A stretch of DNA of 64,000 nt, from sequence record NC_031120.1; one strand, given 5' to 3'. The position numbers and the translations under genes are program-made. Shown here in pieces: positions 1 through 7,591 of this stretch. The notes below the pieces were generated by a model, which was given only the letters and a program-made list of their open reading frames with translations, did not search any database and was not told where the DNA came from. Positions within the stretch are counted from its first letter, which is position 1, and every line of letters starts with the position of its first letter.

Positions 1-82
1 TTGAGGTGCATAAGCTCCCACGGGACAGCCAGTTCTACTACGTGCCGTTGGTGTACGTGTTGCTCAAGTACGCGAGGTAATC

Positions 83-625
83 ATGGCACAAAAACGCAGT
101 GCAGCGTTCTACCTGTTCCATGCCTGGATTGGTTGGCGTATTCCTGAATACGCCACGCTGACCCGGTATGCTCTGGAAGAGCACGGTATCTTTATGCCTG
201 AAAATAAAGATAAGGCCAAAGCCATTCTGCTGAACAAGAAATTCGTCATGTACCGCCCCGCGGAGATTGCCGAATACCTCGCCACCGGTGGGGCCCTTGA
301 CATTAACGACCCGAACGACGCGATCCGTGTCTACGGGTGGATAATGGAGCATCTGGCCAACTGGCTACACCATCTGGAACAACCACAAATGTTCCTGCGC
401 CACCCGCCGATGGATGGCCTGCGTAAGTTCAACAAGCTGGCGAACCAGTTGTTCCCGGTTGCACACCGCTACGGCTACTTCAAGCGTCCGGAAGACACCA
501 TGTCCTCGGCCTTACAGTCGCTGTTCACGCCGAACGTACGCCGGGAAGCAACGCGCCACCGCTTTAACGACACTATCATGCGCCGCTTAGAGGTTGCCTA
601 CCGTCGGCTGGGAGGGAAGAAATGA
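83..625 (+). CDS. hypothetical protein, probably virion/baseplate-associated
   Basis: 180-aa ORF, ATGA-coupled to the 622 gene; function inferred from context only. Confidence 0.6.
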   Translation: MAQKRSAAFYLFHAWIGWRIPEYATLTRYALEEHGIFMPENKDKAKAILLNKKFVMYRPAEIAEYLATGGALDINDPNDAIRVYGWIMEHLANWLHHLEQPQMFLRHPPMDGLRKFNKLANQLFPVAHRYGYFKRPEDTMSSALQSLFTPNVRREATRHRFNDTIMRRLEVAYRRLGGKK

Positions 626-1929
626 TTCCGCGTTTTCAGAAAATCGTTAACGCCCATATCGCCCAAGCGACGGGGATGCCTGCCATCAATTACGATGCCA
701 TCATCACCGTGAAGGGAAAACCGCTGACCGTCATCAAAGTGCATTCAGTGATTAACAGCGGGAATTTCCTCAATGACATGACCGGGTTGATTCACATGAC
801 CGTGGTCTTGCCATTGACCCAGCAGCGTATTGCGACCTCGCGGGCAGATGGGGATTTGCGGGTACAACTGATTGTGCGTACTGCCAACAACAAGCTGGTC
901 GGTATCTTCCCATATCGCGGAATTGCTATCAGTAACCGCGAACAGGACATGGAAGCCCCTACGGCCTTCATGGGGGAGTCGGGGGATAAAGCCATTGCGA
1001 TGGTGACGTTTGAACTGATGGATGAAACCATGTGGTTCATGCGCACGGCCAACGTACGGGTGAACTACCACGACACCGATGCCTTAACCGTGGCCCGCAC
1101 CATCCTCGCCCAGACCTTCCCACAGGCAGGCGGGGACAGTGGGGAAGTGTTGTCGTTGCAGTACGAGCAAGAAGAGCAGCAGCTCTACCGGGATATCGTG
1201 TTGCCGGACTCCACCACCTTCCTCGGGGTGTTTGATAAGCTCCAGGAAGACTTTGGCATCTACAGCAAAGGGTTGGGGGTCTATCAGCATCTACGCCGCT
1301 GGTATCTGTTCCAGCTGTACGACTCGGAGAAGTTCAACACCGCGAAAGACAAGCTGGTTATCATGAACCTGCCGCGCGAGATGTCGGCCCACATCGACAA
1401 GACCATCCACATCACTCCCGGGGTCACGTATTTGATTACCGGCGGGGACAGCCGTACGCTGACCACTCGTGATGAAGATGCACTCAACGTCGGGACGGGG
1501 TATCGGGTAGGGTCGATTCGTGCCCTCGACGGACGTGCCACTTCATTTACCCCGGGTGGGGTCAGTATGACGACGGCAGACAAGTTTGTCTCGCAGGCCA
1601 ATCCTGTTGACTATGCCGGTAAAGTGGTGAATGCCCCCGTGGCGAAAAACCATTTCACCGACAACGACAAACCGATGCGCGCGAAGCTCGCCAAAACCGC
1701 AGGCACCATCACCAAAGTCACCTGGAACTATTCGGTGCATGGTCTGGTGAAACCGGGGATGGCCGTCAAGTTCATGTACGCCAATGAATTTGGCATGTAC
1801 GCCCGTTACGGTACCGTGCTGGGTGAAGTCTACCAGGCCGGTCTTGATGGCGGCAGTATTGCTACCGCGCGCTATAACACCACGACCGAGTTAACGCTCT
1901 GGTTGTCGGAACAAAAAATAACAGCATAG
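622..1929 (+). CDS. putative baseplate hub-like virion protein (phiKZ-type)
   Basis: 435 aa, beta-rich; C-terminal VTW..S.HGLVKPGMAVK resembles T4 gp27/VgrG-type hub ends; family call by recall. Confidence 0.45.
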   Translation: MIPRFQKIVNAHIAQATGMPAINYDAIITVKGKPLTVIKVHSVINSGNFLNDMTGLIHMTVVLPLTQQRIATSRADGDLRVQLIVRTANNKLVGIFPYRGIAISNREQDMEAPTAFMGESGDKAIAMVTFELMDETMWFMRTANVRVNYHDTDALTVARTILAQTFPQAGGDSGEVLSLQYEQEEQQLYRDIVLPDSTTFLGVFDKLQEDFGIYSKGLGVYQHLRRWYLFQLYDSEKFNTAKDKLVIMNLPREMSAHIDKTIHITPGVTYLITGGDSRTLTTRDEDALNVGTGYRVGSIRALDGRATSFTPGGVSMTTADKFVSQANPVDYAGKVVNAPVAKNHFTDNDKPMRAKLAKTAGTITKVTWNYSVHGLVKPGMAVKFMYANEFGMYARYGTVLGEVYQAGLDGGSIATARYNTTTELTLWLSEQKITA

Positions 1930-1970
1930 GCATTCCCTATGTCGAAGAAACCATAAGGACACGTTAAGTA

Positions 1971-2780
1971 ATGAAATCTGTATTTACGCTCCGTATGCCT
2001 GGGCATCTGATTCAGGCGATTGACGCACATGAAGCCAAAGTCTTTAGCAAGCCTGCCCGTCTGTGGGACCGCATGGCCAAAACCCTGCCGCAGACCGGGA
2101 CGGTAGAACTCATGTACGTAATGGCCACCAACCTGGACCAGACCATTTCTGTGATTCACCGCCATGATGGGGAAGAGAAATGTGTTCGCCTGTCAATTGC
2201 GGACGCCGGGTCGGTAGGCAACCTGCTGTTCATCCATTGCATGACGACCCTGCCATTGTGGATGGCACTGAACGGACAGTACGACTTCGATTACCTTTAC
2301 TACTTCCATCAGAAGCTGGCCGAGAACCTGGTCGTGGGCGATCCGACGACGTATCCAAAATACGTGGAACGTATCACCCCACAACTGGCGGCAGAAGAAG
2401 AAGCCTCCCTGGAAGGGGAAGCAGAGTGGAACATGTATCGCTTCGTGAAGATTGGCGAATCGCGCGACCCACAGAACACCGTGGCGCTGCGTGCGGTGGC
2501 CCGTTACGTTGCCCGTTCGGTATCGCGTGAACTGTCAACCAACTTCAATGAAGTGTATCCGGTGCTGCAATACGGCAACCTGATCACCTTCAACTCCTAT
2601 GTCCCGCATCCGGCACAGATTCTTGGGCCGTTCGATAACGAATGCACGCTGCCGGTGGCAGAAGACTACGGTCTGTTTGCGAAAGATGCGGTGAATGCGG
2701 TGAGCGAAGAACGTCTCGTCATTCACGCCCTGAACGGAATGAGTGAACCTGATGTGCCGTACATGACTTCTCACGGCTAA
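1971..2780 (+). CDS. putative virion structural protein
   Basis: 269-aa ORF, AAGGA RBS, closed by terminator; co-oriented with structural genes. Confidence 0.5.
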   Translation: MKSVFTLRMPGHLIQAIDAHEAKVFSKPARLWDRMAKTLPQTGTVELMYVMATNLDQTISVIHRHDGEEKCVRLSIADAGSVGNLLFIHCMTTLPLWMALNGQYDFDYLYYFHQKLAENLVVGDPTTYPKYVERITPQLAAEEEASLEGEAEWNMYRFVKIGESRDPQNTVALRAVARYVARSVSRELSTNFNEVYPVLQYGNLITFNSYVPHPAQILGPFDNECTLPVAEDYGLFAKDAVNAVSEERLVIHALNGMSEPDVPYMTSHG

Positions 2781-2787
2781 GGTACAG

Positions 2788-2820
2788 CCTGGCCTCCTCG
2801 TGAGGCCAGGTATTCTTTTT
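2788..2820 (+). terminator. intrinsic terminator
   Basis: CCTGGCCTC/GAGGCCAGG stem plus T-rich tail. Confidence 0.75.
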
Positions 2821-2847
2821 AAAACGCGCCTGTACGTCAGTAAGTCT

Positions 2848-2872
2848 TTTTACAGGTGATTCATCGTCTATG
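2848..2872 (+). promoter_or_regulatory. TAC-N15-TRTG motif (putative middle/late promoter)
   Basis: TTTTAC..., TAC at 2851, TATG at 2869. Confidence 0.5.
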
Positions 2873-2947
2873 ACAATTAAAGCCCGTAGAGAGCGTTATA
2901 GAGCGTTTTAGAGGGTATATCGGGTAAAGTGGATTAAAAAAGATTTC

Positions 2948-2969
2948 AGATATATATTACCTAGGTGAG
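2948..2969 (+). promoter_or_regulatory. putative early (virion RNAP) promoter
   Basis: AGATATATATTACC-TAG-GTGAG; contains the TATATTAC phiKZ early consensus. Confidence 0.75.
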
Positions 2970-3030
2970 AGTAGACTATTAATCTTTTATCTCACCCATT
3001 TAATTCAATCCGACCATCAAGGAATATATC

Positions 3031-3582
3031 ATGAAAGCAATCAAACGTAACACCATCAACTTCCGTGGCGACGTAGTAGAAATCATCACCCCTAACTATT
3101 CACCGTTTGTCGTCACCGTGAAAGAAGGTGGCGTGACTATCAATCACGGCGAGACTATCATTGCACAAAAGCATGTGCATGCTATCGGCTGCGATGTGGA
3201 GTTTGCTCGCCAGGTGGCACTGGATACCGCCTACCGTGAAGCGATGCTGTGGCTGCTGCTGAACGACCGCTTCGCGGTACAAGCCCTGTACCGCCATCTG
3301 GTACGGGTAACCAGCGATGGTCTGCTGGAGCCTGAGATGCTCAACCAGGTAAGCGAGCAGGTTGCCGCTATCCTGAAGATGACCACCAAGGCGAACGATG
3401 TGGCTTTCCGTATCGTGGGTGATACTGAGCTGAACGATAAAACACAGAAAGAGTTCACCCTGTGCCTGCTGAACAACGGCCAGATTTTCACCCACGACGG
3501 TAATAACTACCAGCTCGAACTGATTAACATTCTGACCGGTCTGGAGATGCTGACTCCGGTTGTACTGGAAGAAAACGAATAA
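3031..3582 (+). CDS. hypothetical early protein
   Basis: 183-aa ORF with AAGGA RBS directly after the early promoter. Confidence 0.8.
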   Translation: MKAIKRNTINFRGDVVEIITPNYSPFVVTVKEGGVTINHGETIIAQKHVHAIGCDVEFARQVALDTAYREAMLWLLLNDRFAVQALYRHLVRVTSDGLLEPEMLNQVSEQVAAILKMTTKANDVAFRIVGDTELNDKTQKEFTLCLLNNGQIFTHDGNNYQLELINILTGLEMLTPVVLEENE

Positions 3583-3635
3583 CAAAACCCGGGGGTCACT
3601 GACCCCCCATCTAATCGACCATCAAGGAGCACACT

Positions 3636-3827
3636 ATGTCCGTTCTCGCCTCACTGTCTCGTATTGTCACCACGCTGTCTGAACTGGTTTCCGTCGACAC
3701 ACCTGTGGTCGAGTTGGACGAGGTGTCTCAGCTGTTCGACGCATACCAGAAAGCCAAGAAGGCCGGTGATGTTGCGCTGGCGCAAATTCTGCATTCTAAA
3801 TGGTTAGTCGCCACGGCTGGCCTGTAA
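3636..3827 (+). CDS. hypothetical protein
   Basis: 63-aa ORF, AAGGAG RBS. Confidence 0.75.
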   Translation: MSVLASLSRIVTTLSELVSVDTPVVELDEVSQLFDAYQKAKKAGDVALAQILHSKWLVATAGL

Positions 3828-3860
3828 ACTACTTCTCCCATTTTTGATAAGGAATTTCCC

Positions 3861-4001
3861 ATGACTCGTAACCACACTCGCGCTATCTTTGGCATCATCC
3901 TGACCGTTGCACTGGCATGCTCGTATATCACCCTGAACAACGACTACAACAAGTGCCGTGACAACGGGAACTCCGTGGCCATGTGCACAGGACGCGGCTA
4001 A
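3861..4001 (+). CDS. small membrane-anchored protein (46 aa; absent from ORF track)
   Basis: MTRNHTRAIFGIILTVALACSYITLNNDYNKCRDNGNSVAMCTGRG; AAGGA RBS; stop overlaps next start (TAATG). Confidence 0.7.
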   Translation: MTRNHTRAIFGIILTVALACSYITLNNDYNKCRDNGNSVAMCTGRG

Positions 4002-4285
4002 TGAAAAAGATTATTAAACCGGCTATCAAAGAGACCGACCTCCCCCACACCGAGGAAGGCATCAAGACAGATGTGTCACTCCCTGAGAATACGGAAGTGG
4101 TGCCTGAGGCGGAAGAATACGAAGAGATTTTCGTGCCCCTCTTCAGCCCGCATTACGCCCGCATCTTCGGGACTACCGAAGACCGTCAGGGTAAAATCCA
4201 CTACCCACCACCGCCATCAAACATCCCACGCGAAACGCGTGATGGTGTCGAGGGTATTGTACTGAAACGTCGTAAGCACAAATAA
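4001..4285 (+). CDS. hypothetical protein
   Basis: start reassigned to ATG 4001 (TAATG coupling); 94 aa. Confidence 0.7.
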   Translation: MKKIIKPAIKETDLPHTEEGIKTDVSLPENTEVVPEAEEYEEIFVPLFSPHYARIFGTTEDRQGKIHYPPPPSNIPRETRDGVEGIVLKRRKHK

Positions 4286-4291
4286 CCAAAC

Positions 4292-4320
4292 AGGTAGCCT
4301 TCGGGCTACCTTTATTTTTT
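4292..4320 (+). terminator. intrinsic terminator
   Basis: AGGTAGCC-TTCG-GGCTACCT plus T run. Confidence 0.9.
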
Positions 4321-4344
4321 GTAACCACAAGGACAAATCCACCC

Positions 4345-5067
4345 ATGTTAACATTAGCCCATTTTAATCCCGCCGTTTCCTTCCCACAACTGAAAGGCGA
4401 GTACGTGGATGTCGTCGAACACGGCGATTTCAAAATCCAACGCATCATTACCGAGAACACCGTTTACTTCTTAGGCACTGTTAAAGGCCAAGGTGTCGCA
4501 GGCTCCAGCGTAACCAATAACGCCAAGAGCTACCCTGACCAGTTCCTGACCGATAACCTGCGGGCAGGCTACACCACCATCAGCCGCATGATGTCCTACG
4601 TCGTGGCGTTGAACAACGACATTGACAGCCGCATCGCCCAACTGGCAGAGCTGGTTGAACTGACCCGCTTACTGAACGCCCTGCCGGAGTACAACGACGA
4701 GCGCGTGTCTGCACGCTTGTCCGCTGACCCGAAAGCCGTGAAGCTGGAACCAAACGGTCCTATCTCCGAAAACGATACCGTGATTACCGCCAGTGAACTC
4801 TGGCACGTCCACCCGACCTTCAACGAGAAGGCGGCACAAAGCACGTACGAAGGCATTAAGCTGGAAATCATGTCGCTGTGGGGCGTAGAGAAAGTCCGCT
4901 ACATCATCACCCTGGAACGTGGAGATTACAAACTCGGCACCTTTGTGGATGTCGGCTTTGAAGAAGACCCAACGGCAATTGTTAACAAGAAGCTGGAGGA
5001 ATACAACGTCATCCAGGAATTCATCCCCTACCCAGAAGTGAACGAGGAAGCCGATGAAGAAGTATGA
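4345..5067 (+). CDS. hypothetical protein
   Basis: 240-aa ORF, AAGGA upstream. Confidence 0.75.
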   Translation: MLTLAHFNPAVSFPQLKGEYVDVVEHGDFKIQRIITENTVYFLGTVKGQGVAGSSVTNNAKSYPDQFLTDNLRAGYTTISRMMSYVVALNNDIDSRIAQLAELVELTRLLNALPEYNDERVSARLSADPKAVKLEPNGPISENDTVITASELWHVHPTFNEKAAQSTYEGIKLEIMSLWGVEKVRYIITLERGDYKLGTFVDVGFEEDPTAIVNKKLEEYNVIQEFIPYPEVNEEADEEV

Positions 5068-5359
5068 TGTCCTGGTTAAACGTTTGAAAGACAAACTGTT
5101 CGGCCGCAAGCGTTGTCATCTTATCGAACCCATGACCGTCTGGGTTGACCGTGTGGTTTGCGGAGAGACGGTCAGCTATCGCAAAGTCTATTACTTCTAC
5201 GGACGGAAGAACTCACCTTTTCACCGACGTTACGGGAAAGGTATCCAGATTAGCGGGAAAGGGATTCTGGAGTACGAGACGATTGAAACGTATGCCGATG
5301 ACCAGGACTTCAACAAGTACATGGATGCGCTGGCACACGTCACGCTGAAGAGTGCTTAA
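5054..5359 (+). CDS. hypothetical basic protein
   Basis: 101-aa ORF overlapping upstream stop. Confidence 0.7.
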   Translation: MKKYDVLVKRLKDKLFGRKRCHLIEPMTVWVDRVVCGETVSYRKVYYFYGRKNSPFHRRYGKGIQISGKGILEYETIETYADDQDFNKYMDALAHVTLKSA

Positions 5360-5462
5360 AAAATAATACTGGCTCGTACCCCGAAAAGGGTACGAGTTGA
5401 TGTTCTTTATTTTTTTTTTGTCGGGACGCATAAACTCCCCTATGCCGACCCGAAGGTCGGCA
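5358..5462. terminator. convergent (bidirectional) terminator pair
   Basis: hairpins 5372-5397 and 5443-5462 (UUCG loop on minus strand), flanked by A and T runs, between convergent genes. Confidence 0.8.
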
Positions 5463-5471
5463 AACGGCTTT

Positions 5472-7037
5472 CTAGCCGAATAGGTCATCGCCCATGCCAC
5501 CGGTGAAGTGGTTAATGTTAGAGGCAGATACTGTCATCTCTTTGTCACAGTCCCAAGGAAGAATGCCGACGTCGGCAAACGGTAATACGGTATAGTGATA
5601 TTTCTCAGGGGTATCAATGATGGTACGGTGTTTCCCACGCTGCACTTCTAAGAAGCTGTGGCCCGAGACAACGCGTTTGTTGAAATAGATTTCACCATCC
5701 GCTTCGTTATCCAGACTGGTACAGGTGTCGTACAATCCACGACCCGGTAGGTTCTTACAGAAGCCAATCGGGTCTGCCGCTTTAAGACGTTTCCCTTCTG
5801 GGGAAATCTGGTGCGGTGCCAGAAGGAAGCCGTGGTTACGGACAACCTGGATGTTACGCGCCATACGGTAGATTTCTTTGATATCGCTCCCGGCGATACC
5901 GTTACCGTGACCGGCTTTGTTAATGGTGCCGAGGTAGTCAGCACGCATTCCCACTACATGGAAACCATCACGCTTGTAGTCGGAAATCAAATCGTTTAAG
6001 TAATGCACTTTGAAATCGGTGTTGGTGTGTTTCTCGAAAGAATATTCCCAACCGTTCGCACGAATCTTGTCAATCAGATAGTCCGCCATTTTCTGGACAT
6101 GTGCCTGACGTTCTTCCTCAGTAGCAGACTCTGGTAATGTCATGATCGGTGCATGGCCTTCAAAGTGGCCATAGATTGCCTGATAGGCATAGGCAATGTT
6201 CACGTCCAGTTCGTTCTCGAGACTCAGGTCGAGAATCAACGGCATCAGCGTACCCTTCACATCGGCCATGACCTTCTCAGGGGTATTGAACAATGGTATA
6301 GAGATAGAGGTCAGCAAACTGAACAGTGACTTACAGTTAAACGGCAGTGCTGGCATTAACCACAGCTCTTCCGTAATCCCGTTGTTACAACCGGTCATTT
6401 GGTTGACGGCTTTCCATCCCGTACGCAAACCATTTCCCGCAACTTTGCGGTTGATATCGTTGAACGTCTTCACAAACGGTGCTCGGTTTGTGGTAATTAA
6501 TTTGCCGACCTGGGAAGGAATCTTATTATGAGGGCGTTCATTGAACGTGGTTAACGATCCTTTGAGTTCGTCAATTGCTGTCATCAGGTCCACACGGGAC
6601 TCTGTGCCGTTCAAAACGCCGAGGGTACGCCCCAGCTTTTGCTTCAGCTGTACGCCTTGTAAAGCCTGGCGCAGCTGGAAGTAATACGTTTGCTGCTGCT
6701 TCGCAAAGAAGTCCTGACGCTTGTCTTCTTCGGCAGGCACGTCTTCTTCCAGGAATCTCACTATCGTATCGTATAGAGAGCCGTTTTGCGTTGTAGCCAG
6801 TTTCACGCGCTTCATGACGTAGGTGTGGTTATAGGCCATACCGCCGTCAATGATTAATGTAATAATGTCCTTGATTTCAGCTAACGCTGAACGCTCATCG
6901 CTGTCGTCGATATACTCCGGCAGCTTCACCTCGAGCAAAACTTTTCTTATGACGTCGTGATCGCGGGTTGCGTCAGTCAAGAAACTTTCAGCGTAGAGGG
7001 TGGCCAAGGCTGTTATCAACATCATTTTACTATTCAT
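5472..7037 (-). CDS. dnaB: DnaB-like replicative helicase (phiKZ gp118-like)
   Basis: TGWKAVN, divergent Walker A (ALPFNCKS), LSLENE, Walker B ADYL, HQIS, RGKHR; sits next to the major capsid gene as in phiKZ-like phages. Confidence 0.8.
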   Translation of the reverse strand: MNSKMMLITALATLYAESFLTDATRDHDVIRKVLLEVKLPEYIDDSDERSALAEIKDIITLIIDGGMAYNHTYVMKRVKLATTQNGSLYDTIVRFLEEDVPAEEDKRQDFFAKQQQTYYFQLRQALQGVQLKQKLGRTLGVLNGTESRVDLMTAIDELKGSLTTFNERPHNKIPSQVGKLITTNRAPFVKTFNDINRKVAGNGLRTGWKAVNQMTGCNNGITEELWLMPALPFNCKSLFSLLTSISIPLFNTPEKVMADVKGTLMPLILDLSLENELDVNIAYAYQAIYGHFEGHAPIMTLPESATEEERQAHVQKMADYLIDKIRANGWEYSFEKHTNTDFKVHYLNDLISDYKRDGFHVVGMRADYLGTINKAGHGNGIAGSDIKEIYRMARNIQVVRNHGFLLAPHQISPEGKRLKAADPIGFCKNLPGRGLYDTCTSLDNEADGEIYFNKRVVSGHSFLEVQRGKHRTIIDTPEKYHYTVLPFADVGILPWDCDKEMTVSASNINHFTGGMGDDLFG

Positions 7038-7050
7038 GGAGCATCCTTCA

Positions 7051-7590
7051 ATGCGAATTCGTTTTAGCCCACCGTGGGAAGTTCAACCTAACATAGATAA
7101 AGTGGCCAGCGTTAAAAAGTTGGAAACGCTGCAAGCTGAGTTCTTTAACTGGTTATATGACTGCAAACCCGTACGGTTTAGCTCCACCATTCTCCCGGAC
7201 TGCTCGCCGGTTGCTATCTACAAAGCGTTGATGGCACCCCCGCTGCTTCCAGGACAATATTATGACCAAGTGTTAAGCTTGGTGCAAAAAGGTTCGGACG
7301 AATCCCTTGCTGATTTATATGGGGAAGCGTTCGCCGGTCGTCTACGTTGGGTGTTCACTCAACGCAACGATGTGATTGTGGCGTCGCTCGCCGAAGCGAA
7401 GACGGATAAACCCGGTTTCACTTTGGACGAACAACACGCTGCGAAAAAGATGTTCTGCGCAGAACTTTTTAAATATGTGCGTACAAAAACCCGCGTCGTG
7501 GACGATACATTCAGTACCTCAACGCAGTTTGCTGCTCATGAAGTGCTGACGCAATTATACGCATGTCATTTACTTAACAAGGTACTTTGA
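7051..7590 (+). CDS. conserved hypothetical protein between helicase and capsid genes
   Basis: ATG 7051 with GGAG at 7038-7041; 179 aa. Confidence 0.7.
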   Translation: MRIRFSPPWEVQPNIDKVASVKKLETLQAEFFNWLYDCKPVRFSSTILPDCSPVAIYKALMAPPLLPGQYYDQVLSLVQKGSDESLADLYGEAFAGRLRWVFTQRNDVIVASLAEAKTDKPGFTLDEQHAAKKMFCAELFKYVRTKTRVVDDTFSTSTQFAAHEVLTQLYACHLLNKVL

Positions 7591-7591
7591 A

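Noticed and set aside
3591-3608. GGGGGTCA-C-TGACCCCC hairpin between early genes
   Set aside because: Probably an RNA stability hairpin; single instance, no tail, not enough to call
5443-5582. GTCGGCAAACGG occurring twice (about 5456 and 5571)
   Set aside because: Only 12 nt, one copy within a CDS; compatible with chance
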